Below are positions 1-11,100 of a stretch of 64,000 nucleotides of DNA, in pieces. Positions within the stretch are counted from its first letter, which is position 1, and each line of letters starts with the position of its first letter. The translations under genes and the position numbers were made by a program. The stretch lies in the NCBI GenBank assembly GCA_002633005.1, contig NMRA01000274.1, forward strand, positions 507,375 through 571,374, given 5' to 3'. The notes under the pieces are model-generated. The model did not search any database and had not been told where the DNA came from. It saw nothing but the letters and a program-made list of their open reading frames with translations. Source of the stretch: Phoronis australis (taxonomy: Eukaryota; Animalia; Phoronida).

Positions 1-232
1 GGAAAAAATCATTTTCCTGTCATAACAGCTAATTCTGTTAACAGCAAAAACGATTGGTAATAATTATTATGGTGGCAAAATTCCAATTATATAATGACTT
101 AGACACCCAGTTTTGAACTTTCTTGTTAATTTGCCTTCATTCTCGGTCATACGGAAGACTAATTCTGATGATGAGTTCGACTGCCACCCAGCCGCCATGA
201 CAGGTAATTTCGAGTAATTTTGTCTCAATACT
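1..232. mobile_element. MITE-like repeat (~240 bp family), left end cut by the window edge
   Basis: Similar to 15746-15987, 16896-17137 and 18066-18300; those copies show terminal inverted repeats AGTAATCAGACAA...TTTTGTCTGAATACT. Confidence 0.6.
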
Positions 233-820
233 TTAGGCTGTATGCACTTATAAACTACTTCCTTTTGCATCGAACACTTTATTTTTGTTAAATAAATTTC
301 ATTAAGTAAAAAATCCATTTTGAAAGTCATTAAACAGCATAATTCAAACCAAAGAATAACAGTTGTTGATTAAGCATTACAACTCTTAAGCAACACTCAC
401 AATCTACTGATCAACAGTGCTATATATGAAACACGGCTATTACTTTAGAAGATCCATTTTAAACACTGGTGAGTGCTGAATATCTTGATTTATATTTGCA
501 ATCTTAACAAAAAATTGAACCAAGCAAAAAATAAGTCAACACTCTTGTATTCTAAGTAACAATTATTACTCTTACTCATATCTTATAAACACATTGAACT
601 ATAACAGAACATTCATATTGTTTTCTATGAATACTGTGACCAGAATAGAGCTAATACGTGTCTTGGTGAAATAAACCGCTTCATTCGTAGTTTACCTAAT
701 ACTGTAAAGGTGGCTTGGTTTGCCCTGCCAATATAATGCTCAATACAACTACAACACAGTGTCTGGGCCATGCAACAAAACAACCGCACAGTGAACCTAA
801 ATCAACAACAAACAAGTTAC

Positions 821-3800
821 CTTGGTAACCAACAACACCAGTCCTCAAACAAAATGCCGACTAATAACCTGAAGCCAAGTTCTGAGCTGTCAAGCGATCC
901 CAGAACTCCGCTGTAGAAACATATCAAGGAGCTGAGAGGTAAATCTCCACACGTGTTACCATACTCTATAAATCGGCTGGTTACTGCTGTATTGCCCAGT
1001 TTACCCAAGATGGCTAGTATCTGAAAAAGTGAGACCGTAATGCTCGTTTTCACGACGTATGCACACAATCACGAGGGCATTTTCCATTAGGGGAAATATA
1101 CATTCATAAATAAGCCATCACACAACTGCAAATTTCCTACTAACAGATGGAAGTGAAAGTTTCTGTCAAAATAGCTTGATCCAAGCATTTTGTGTCTTCT
1201 ATTACGGTTACGCAGAACCTAGTGTGCTATTATCCAAATATGTACAAAACTAAAAGTGAAAGAGAATATCGTCAGAAACTAGAAAGCCTTTATATCAACA
1301 ACCTGACAGTGAACAAAAATTTGTCAACTAAACTTAAGACCAAAAAGTACAGTTGGTTCTGGCTTTTTTTTTCTAAAAATCACTACAGTGGTACGGTATT
1401 TTTTTAAATGCTCACTTTTTCAAAAAAGAAAATCCCCCTGAACGAGCAAAATGATGCAGGATTTTTTAAATCTTCGCATGGCAAACCATGGTTTTCAAAC
1501 CTCGATTATCCTTGGTTAAGTGCCTTTTTGCAGGTTTTCAATAAGAAACACGAGACCTTGACTGAAACTGATGCGGGCAGGCATTCTTAGCCAGAAAACA
1601 CAGGTCTCAAAATTAGTAGGGATAAGACCAGAACCAGCTTTGTTTGGCCTAATGGATACGAAAAATGTACTTTGAAAAATTAATTTGAACTTAGAACAAA
1701 ACATTATGGTTAAGTATCGAGAAACTTTCCCAGAAACCTGTTAAGAAGAGTTGCCCCAAAATGTTACATGTCCACATATGAAAAGCAGTAGTTAAGGTAA
1801 ATGAATACTTTCGTCACCAAATCTTTGATAGAATTACCAGCATGAAAATGATGCTTGGACATTTGTAGTCACATGGCCTTGTTTAAAAATTTGGAAATAA
1901 TGGCAATTAGTATGTAAAGGAATCATTATCCTAGAAATGAAGGCATTCAGTGACATTAAGACTCATTTTTCGGACAAAACGAAAGCCTACATCAGACTCC
2001 AGGTGATTGCTGAATATCTTCACGACTAATGGCACGCACATTCCACATGCTGCTCTACAGTCCAGGATGTAGGTTTCTGCAACAGAACCAATCAGACATG
2101 TAGGTATCAGTAAATCAACCAATCAGACATGCAGGTATCAGCAAAACAACCAATGAGACATGTAGATCTCTGTAAAACAACAGATACAATATGTAAGTTT
2201 CTGTAAAACAACCAATCAGACATATAGTCTCTATAAAACAACTAATCAGATATGTAGGTACCTGTAAAACAACCAATCAGACAATCATGTACGCTTCTAT
2301 AAAACAACCAATCAGACATGTGGGTCTCTGTGAAACAACCAATCAGACACGTAGATCTCTGTAAAGCAACTAATCAGACACAAGCTGATATGAGTAAACG
2401 AAATAAATTACCATTATACCACTACACCAATATTTGTTTCCTCATCTCATGCTGTGAATAGCCTTTCAGCCAGTGGTTAGAACTAGGTAACAATGACAGA
2501 ATATGTCGAAACATTTTTGCCTTTTTTGCTTTTATTGGCTTAGACATTTAGTATACGTCAATAGAACTACACCGTAATTGTCGCTTCCACAGATGTGCAT
2601 ATAATTTTTAAAAATGTGTGTTTCATAGTATAGAAACTGTTTGAAAAGATAAACAAAACGTAGTTAATTACCTTTTTATTAAATTATTTGATGGGCTAGC
2701 TCAACAAACAATTGAAATTGAGATTATATCCTAAAAACACAAACCAGAGCTTTAATAATCTAATGGTAAGTTTGTGCGAACGCCGAGTCATAGATCAGGG
2801 CTCCATTTCATGAAAATGACTCGAGACTTGATCCCACTTCACAACTGCTGAATAAAGTAATTATGAGCGTATCACAGTCTTGAAATAATTTACAGAAATT
2901 ATCTGAAGTAACTAGTAGTTATGTTTATATTTTCAATTATTTTCCACAACTAGTTGTATGGAGCATAAGATCAAATTTCTGTCTTAAGTCACTTTTCACG
3001 AAACAAACTCCAAAAACTACACCTGAACCTGTTGTGACTGTCACTTATTGGCCAAGGAGTCTATGAGTCTTGCCACTGAAACGTTTCTGTAACCTGAATT
3101 AGAAGACTAACCATCAGCGAGTATTTCCCACAAACACTGCAGCATTTCTTTGGCCATCATCCAAGACTCGCCCTGATTGGTCTGAAGTTGAGGCATGCAC
3201 TTCTGCATGAATTTAGCAGACGTCTGCAGCGTCATTAGACATTCAAGCATTATCTTGTTCTGTGACATGGGGTTTTCAGCAAAGCTGGGAATATAAGGTA
3301 ACAGACTCTGAACATGAACAGGTCCTTTGATCTGCAGGATTTCACACTGAGCCAAAGCATGACCTAACGAAACCTTGAGACTTTCATTGAGACAAAGTAT
3401 GCTGTGTTCCAACAATAAAACATCATATTTAAAAAAACCGAAACTTCAGTCAACACGTATTTCGAAAATAGAAGAACTGGGAATTTAATTTATTTTTTTG
3501 ATTTTTTTTATTCCTAGAACAACTTTAAATTGAAGGGGTCCTAGAAGTATCAAATAAAAATGAAATCAAGACAATGACTTTTAAATTTCAAGTTAAAATT
3601 CAAACACACATTTGAATTGTAACGCTACTATAGTCAACAACTTGCGGTTGAATCTGGTAAGAGGCTTTTTGGGGTGAAGACATTGCACCGAATAGAAAAT
3701 ACTCAAACCTTCACGAGTATTTACCCAGTTCCAACACAGCTTTGAAGTTGTTTGGTCAAGTAGTGGAAGACATCCCAGCCTGCTTGTTGAAGAACCATCT

Positions 3801-6330
3801 CCCCTGAAAATAAATGAGTGATCTTGTGAGTTGGAGGGCTCTGTAACTGAAGAGAATTTAATGAGAATAGAAAAAGCAAGACTCTGTACCCGGGGCTAAC
3901 CTTTTTACATGAATTACATGAAATCAAACTTGAAATTGATGTACCAATTCAACACAAGTGTCTATTATTACAATATGTTCGAGTATATATTAATGACTTA
4001 ATTGATCAAGTGTGCACTTGATAACCCCAGCATATATTAAGTCACAACTAAGAAGCAAAAACTTTGCCAAGTTACAAAAAGAAGAAATGAAGAAGCACAT
4101 AACTTAAGGTATAAAAAAAATTATATTTTAAAATTATTTTTCATAAACCAAATGCCAAACTTGTCATTTCTCATTTTACAAAGATTGACTACTGTGCTGA
4201 AAATAATCAAAAAATTACCAAGTTGTTGTTTTATGATTATGTCGTGAAAGCTTCGCTTGTAATACACAAGTCAGAATAATGTTAAAATATATTTCGACAA
4301 AATAAAAATCCAGTTCTCTGTCATGTCATTGTACTGTTAAAACCTGATAAGCACAGCTGTGTGAAAAGCAAAATATTTCATATTTACACTCACAAATTGA
4401 AATATCTATCATTAAAGGTGTATTTGCATGCTCCTAACTATGTTAATGTATAGCAGGAACTAAACCACAATGCTATTTGAACACCATCTACTCTAAACAA
4501 AGTGCAGTTGTATTCACTGACAACTTGTAAATAATTTACCTTTGCACTAATGATGCATCCTGGGGGTTAATAAAACTTGTATCACACAGTGTCACTCCCC
4601 AACACCACGTCATGATACTGACTGGACATGGTTGAGTGATTTACGACGGGTCATTTTCGACACAAGACTCTTTCTTAAAAACCTTTGGAAATTTTCAACC
4701 TATTTCATATTCACATTGTCACTATACATTGTGTTCCTAATTAATTCGACCAAGCAATCTCAGAAATAATGAATTAGCATGCAAGTTCCGCTTCAAAACC
4801 ACCATATACATATTTCAAAGAACAGCGCGGGTCATGGAAACTTTACATCTAATACTATCAAGATAATTCTCACCAATCCGGAAGTTTTCCATCAGACCTG
4901 TAATAAGAGTAACCGAGCATTCTTCAGCGTCGACTGAATCGACGTGACGGCAAATTCTCTCCAACAAAAGCTGTAGTAAAGTATCCACTACAGCCTCATG
5001 CACACAGTGTGGACTGGCTTGGAGGCAACTGGAAACAAATAATCAAGTATTCTTCTAAATCCAAACAGCTGTTTGGTTTGTAATCCCTAACAGCTGATTG
5101 ACCAAAGACTCATTTTCACAATTTCAAACTAATGTAACACAAAATCTGGGCTGGGTGGTATAAATCTATGGATTTATACACAGGATATGTTTCATTGAAC
5201 TTTTTACGGTTTGCAATTTTCGGAATATCCTTCACCTAGGCCGCCACCTGTTGGCTGGAAGTGTAGGTGGTATACATTCTTTGTTTTCATTGGTTGGTTT
5301 CACTCTGCTCTGGATGACTGGCAACCCACAATCCATTGTAATATGGACATAACTGTCTGAGTGTCTACATGTAAGAAGATATCAATGTTGTTATAGAATG
5401 CATAACTTGTAACCAGGTCCTGACATTCAGAAAAGGGTTCACCCTTCCCATATTCTGATTACACTCAGTTCTTGGCCAAGGAATAATAAAAAAATTTGTA
5501 TGAACAAACACCTTACCTCTGATAGCAGTAGTGTGAAACGGCAAATGATGTTCTCATCATAGCCAACAAGGCTGTCATTGTGCTAATCACTGAGTCTAAC
5601 AAAGAAAAGCTTTACATCAAAAACCCAATGTTTATAAAGCAACAAAACATCATTTCAGTGTTGATATAGCAGTGGTGGTGGCTTATTCACTGTGCTGTCG
5701 AATCTTTGACACTTTTTTCTCTTTTGCCTGATGGTGCTCTTACGTAAGAGCAAAATGTTGCATTTTTTTTGAAACGTGAAATATGAAGTTTCAGTAGTTG
5801 CATGTTCTTTCTTGAATACATTACACCAAAAGCGGTCATTGCTACACATTGCTAAAGTAAAACTGTTAGCATACCTAGCCAGTGCCCTCTGGTGGGCCGG
5901 GTGGTTACTGCAGCCTATATAACAAGAGCAGAGGGCTTCAATAGACAAAGATGATGACTCGGAGATATCATGGGGAGACAATGACTTCAGTCTAGTAGCA
6001 ATCTGTAAGCAAAGAATAGCCATTTTAATGAACAGAAGATCATTATATAGGGTTTAGTATGCTTTCATAGTGTTCAGACACTTAATTTAGGTACTAGTAG
6101 AAAATCATTCCCAGAAAAAGAAAGCGACTAACATGTTCAGCACCAAAACAAAATCACTAAATTTCAATAGACTCAACTAAATATAAAATATCAATTGAGG
6201 CATTGTGTTTTATATAATGATATTTGACTCACTTTCTTCAAAATGATCATTTGATCAGATCCTTTTGAAGCTTTCAGTAAACTGTAGACTAGCGCTGCTT
6301 CACTGTTTTCCCCACAGGTGTCACTACACA
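821..6330 (-). CDS. THADA: THADA (thyroid adenoma-associated / Trm732 homolog), 5' coding exons; gene continues beyond the left edge
   Basis: Phase-compatible GT-AG exons: 6330-6233, 6002-5875, 5028-4874, 3803-3725, 3284-3112, 2076-1991, 1020-821. The spliced protein (GSDQMIILKK-IATRLKS...QRALAS-CL...LMENFRIG-EMVL...VFHYLTK...CGDLPLSSLICFYSGVLGSLD) is colinear with human THADA as recalled (GVSQIHYIKQIVPLL...KKVLASSL...CMENFNLG...VLHFLQK...CGDISQSAVLFLCQGTLAMLD). First coding exon uncertain; a phase-1 candidate is 7020-6945. Confidence 0.85.
2067..2381. repeat. 31-bp minisatellite (~10 units, ATGTAGGTTTCTGTAAAACAACCAATCAGAC) overlapping a THADA splice acceptor
   Basis: Direct tandem periodicity visible; the first unit straddles the exon boundary at 2076/2077. 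Confidence 0.9.
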
Positions 6331-7020
6331 CTGAAAGGAATAAAAACCAAAGGTTGAAAGCCACAAATAATCAACAATAAAATTCTATCATGGCACTGAG
6401 TAAACGTTTTCTCCCTCACCCACTCCCTCTAGCTAACTCTCAAATGTTACCACATACAAGAGTGCATCTGCCTAAAACATGCTAGCTTACAGTGAATTTG
6501 TCGATAATGGAGGTTGGTATTTGTTGGTGGGAGAAGTGCATGTCACAGATCATAAGAGTTCACTCTTGCCACAGACCATAGAGGTCCCTCCCACAAATTT
6601 ATCGCTTGTAAAATTTTAATCTCTTGACTGATTTTCTCTTCAATGTTGCCATTCGAAAGACAAGGAAAATATGTTTTACTTCACCAAGTAAGCTTTCCAA
6701 AAATACCACAAAATTTATATGGAAGTGTAAAATAATGTGAAAAACTGTCGAAAACGGGCGTGTTTACACTATTACCTATAAAAACATACAATCGACTTTT
6801 TAAATACAAAGTCGAACAGTGAACACTATTTAAGTATATTCCTATGTCATGTAGATTCCAACATGGTTCAGAACAACATAGCCTTGGTGCAAAGCTGTAT
6901 TATTATATATGTGAGTAAAAATTATGCACCATTCAATTTCTAACTCAATTCCTCCCAACGAAGATAGAACGCAAACGATCGCATTATACACTGGAGGCAC
7001 GTGTTTTGGATCTTGCCCAT

Positions 7021-8168
7021 TTTTGCAAAACAACTTCTGTCTTCATGTTTACTTCCTGTTGTAATTTAAGCATGTTTGGTATTCGCCGACTGCTGGGGGT
7101 GGCAATGGATTCACAAAATAAACGGAACAGTTGCGAACCAAAGGTAGTAAATCTACGAAAACTGTTGGTAATTTAAAATTTGGAAGTTACCACAAATTTT
7201 GAAACAAATTTCGCCAGGATTTTGAGTTGGGGGGCAAGGCATTAGCCGCGATTTTGACCGTCAGACTTTCGCACACCCGAAGTCCAAATGGAATATGAGA
7301 GAATTTTAGGGGGGGGGGCATGGGCCCTTACTCCCCTCCCCCCTAAATCCGTCACTGCTCACAGCGGCGACTTCATGAAAGTCGTAATGTACTTACCTAG
7401 CCAGTAGACCTTAATAAGCTGGCACTGGTCAGATATACTGGATATAGCGGTCCCTGATTTTGAGAACCAGGCAATCACTGAATAACGAGCACCTTATTCA
7501 GTGGATGAAACTGACTCTCAAAAATAGGGACCACTATATCCGACCAGTTCCAGCTAGGTCTACCGGCTAGGTAGGAACAACATGACTTCCATCCAATTCC
7601 ACCATGTCCATAGAGTATACGACTATACGAGTATCTATTCCACTTGCCTTTTCGGAGCGCTTCCTCCAAATTGCTGCAAATAATAATTTTTGCGTTGGAA
7701 ATTTCCCTTTTTCTTTTCCCAGTCATTGTAATTAAAATAATATTCAATCACGTCCTCAATGTGATTACGATCGAGTCCCGGAGTCCCGCGTAAACTCGAA
7801 ATACTGGACCAATGTTTGACACACACACATTTGCAACAACTTCCACATGTGAACATCTGGGACTGTGCCATGGTAATGGTAAATTGGAACCTATTCCCAA
7901 AATGCAAAATGATTTGCTTTTAACGGCTGTAACGAAGCAAATTTCAAATTAAAAGGTGGTGTTTTGCTTTCATGATTTTGTTTCTATTTTTGAATAACAC
8001 TGGTGCTTGTTAAATCACAGTACATATTTTAAAACGTTTTCATTAAATTAGACATCTATTATCTCACCACACGTAAATAAGAATCGAGAAAGTGATTTGA
8101 CTTTTGAGTGCTATTCCTTACCAGTTGCAATTAATGCACTGGATTTCCTGGTAATAGCGTTCGAAAAC
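7021..8168. promoter_or_regulatory. Putative bidirectional promoter between divergent THADA and ARV1
   Basis: Head-to-head arrangement; ETS-like CAGGAAGT directly before AAACATG on the minus strand near 7045-7058. TSS positions are not determinable from sequence. Confidence 0.45.
7394..7573. mobile_element. Palindromic (fold-back) MITE, TA-flanked
   Basis: TACCTAGCCAGTAGACC...GGTCTACCGGCTAGGTA ends, with inner arms GATATAGCGGTCCC/GGGACCACTATATC and CACTGAATAA/TTATTCAGTG. Confidence 0.75.
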
Positions 8169-11100
8169 ATGGGCAAATACATTTGTACAGAATGCGGTGA
8201 AGACGAAGATGAATTGTACAAAGATTTTAAAGCTGGAATAATTAAAATATGCCACTGTGTAAGTTGAGGAATTGAATCAAGTAGGATGGATGGTGTACAC
8301 ATAGTGTACCTAATTATCGGACGGAACCTAAATATCGGACATTTCATAAAATCTTACTTTAAGCATAATCTGAGAATTAAGTGACACCAATTTTTGTTCC
8401 GTTGTAATGCATTCAATGTCCGGCACCGTCTCGTTTTTTACAGCGTTGCCTCGTTTTGATTTCACCGAGAGAGGGTCAATTTAGACCCCCAATTCGGCCT
8501 AAAATGGACGATCACATAACTCGGTTGTAAAAGTTGAAAATAAAATATTTTTCCACAATGAAACCATCTCATTGAACTGACAATATGTCACTGTTCCATT
8601 TTTTCATTTGTTTTTAAACTCAAGTCAAACCCCGACCGCGCACGTGCGGGTGTCATATCAAGAAGCCAAAGGCAAAGAGATACTAAAAACTGCAGTGAGT
8701 TTGCACATGCTTTAGTCGTCTTCAATAATTCATCGAAACGACTTGACGCCGTCATCAGATTTCATTTTATGGATAATTTTGTTGCGAATGGACCTGTGTT
8801 CTAGCAGCATATATGTCAAAACACTTGAGCTGAAATTCGGCTACAAGGTGCCCGCGGCCATTAGGTGGTTAGTCAGTTTTCCGTTGTGTGGCGTATGAGG
8901 AAACATGGTGTCCGATATTTAGGTTCTCCGAAGGTTTGCTTGTTGTGTTTTTTAAAGTTCAGTCGGAACATAAATGTGGCTTTCGGTGACAAGATATAGT
9001 AACACAACAATTCTATAAAGGTAAGTCTTTATTTCAGCAAAGAATTTACAACAATCCGTAGTATTTTCAATTAAATATATATGCAAAATGTGCCAAAACG
9101 TCCGATAATTAGGTCACTTGACTGTTTTTTCAATTGTGAACTGTGTTAATGACCATGTAGTACCGGCATGGTGTTAGGAAATGTAGGTGTTGAAGCACAA
9201 GTGGTTCTCCAGCTTGGGTTAACCTGGGCTGTGGTAATTGTTTACAATATGACGACATAGACTAACACGTATGATTTTGGTATCATTCGATTCCTTGCAA
9301 CGTTATATTTCCAAAAATATACAAACATTTCTCCTACCCCGTTCCCTTGGCTTTATCATTTACTTTCTGCTCGCACTATTTACCGGTACTCGGTATTAAT
9401 GCCGCCATGTTGAATGGAAGGAGTCAGCTGGCAGTCAAAAATTGAACCGACTTCTGCAGATCGTCACTTTTCATAAGTTCAAATTGATATTTGATTTTAT
9501 TTCCTGTATTTTGAAGTTTATTGCTTTTAAGTGCTTAAAATCTCCACTGAATTTTATATCAAAAACACCAAAAAAATCACCAGGTGATCAGCTGTCAAAT
9601 TAGAACACCCTGACAATATGTTAATAATCTGATCTCTAGTTTCGAGCATTTATTGGTCAAAACATACTACTTCAAATTGGGACAACCAATCACAGTTGCT
9701 ATAGATATCATTCCTTGTGTTAAGTGTGAGAAATCATCAGATATTGCTGCTCGTTTTTACGTGGTTAATGATGTTTATAAATAAAATCAACTTACTCAGA
9801 TACCGGAGGTTTAAAAGTTCGAACGTTTCGAACTGTACTCTACAGTTCTTTGTCAACAAATGGTAGGGGGGGGGGGGGCGTCCTGGTTTCCAGTCAATGT
9901 GTTCTCCGGAAGTAGTATGGTGTCATAGATGGACAGAAGTTGCAAACTTTGATCATGGTTCATGGTGGGCTTGTTGGTTTTGATGTATATGCCGTGGATT
10001 CTTTAACCTTTCTAGAAAACCAGTTTTGCTCTTTAGCCAGTAAAGTTAATGATATGATGAGGAATGGTGAGGCGTTGCATTTATGGTGGTTGTAACAACT
10101 TAGTATTTGACCAGGCTATGACCCTTTTTACTTTCCCGCAGGGCATCACAGAAGTGCTGATGTGGCACAAGTTTGCACAAGAAACTCTTGTGTTGGTGGG
10201 TATGAGACACTGGAGTTAGGTAGCTTCATGTATCACTGTGATGTCGGTGGAGCTAAGAAACTTTTAATCGAGTCGCTTTTCTTCTATTTTGTCATTTTTG
10301 GGATATTAGATTCATGATTGTGACATGCAGTGCTATAAAGCAAGGTTTAATGATGCTGACAATGTAGTCACTTGTCAAAACAAGGTAAATGGTGGTTTTA
10401 AGCACTTCGAAATATGACATCACACTATTTAGTGGTCTTCCTGCGACAGCTCATGTTATTCAGTACGTGTCAGGCATCAGATGGAAGTTAACAACCATGG
10501 AAAGCTTGAACAAAACCGACTCGTTTCAATTAGACGCGCAACTCATTCCCAGTGCTCTAACGGGTATGTAATGGAGTGACTTTTTCTGGTTAACAGAACT
10601 ACTTTTTATCCAGGTATTCCAATTGGTTCAAAAATAAGATTCAAACGCCTATGAAATGCCAAAGCATATTGAATACTATGCGTCAAACAAAACAAAATGA
10701 TTCTTTATGGTATTCTGGGTCATTCTGTACTCTTACCCAACCAAGGCATGCGCAGTGATGCCCACACACAAAACTCTGCATTTCATTCTCAACTTCAAAG
10801 ACCACTTCTCAATATAGGTAGCACTGTGACAGTAGAATATGCACATACCAGTTGAGATTGCATCCGGTGTCAGGGTCTTTGATGTTGATTTTGCTATACC
10901 AAGCTACTTGATACATGTGTAGATGTGCTTTTTTGCCGTTTTCGAAAAACTAATGTCCATTTGCCATTGATATTTTTGTGATATTTTCAATAAAAATGAT
11001 GCACTTCATATTACATATTCCTAACAAAGTTTGATAATTAACTGGCGCTTATTAAAACTGACATTTTACTTCTTCATTTTGTCTACATCGTATATGGTAG

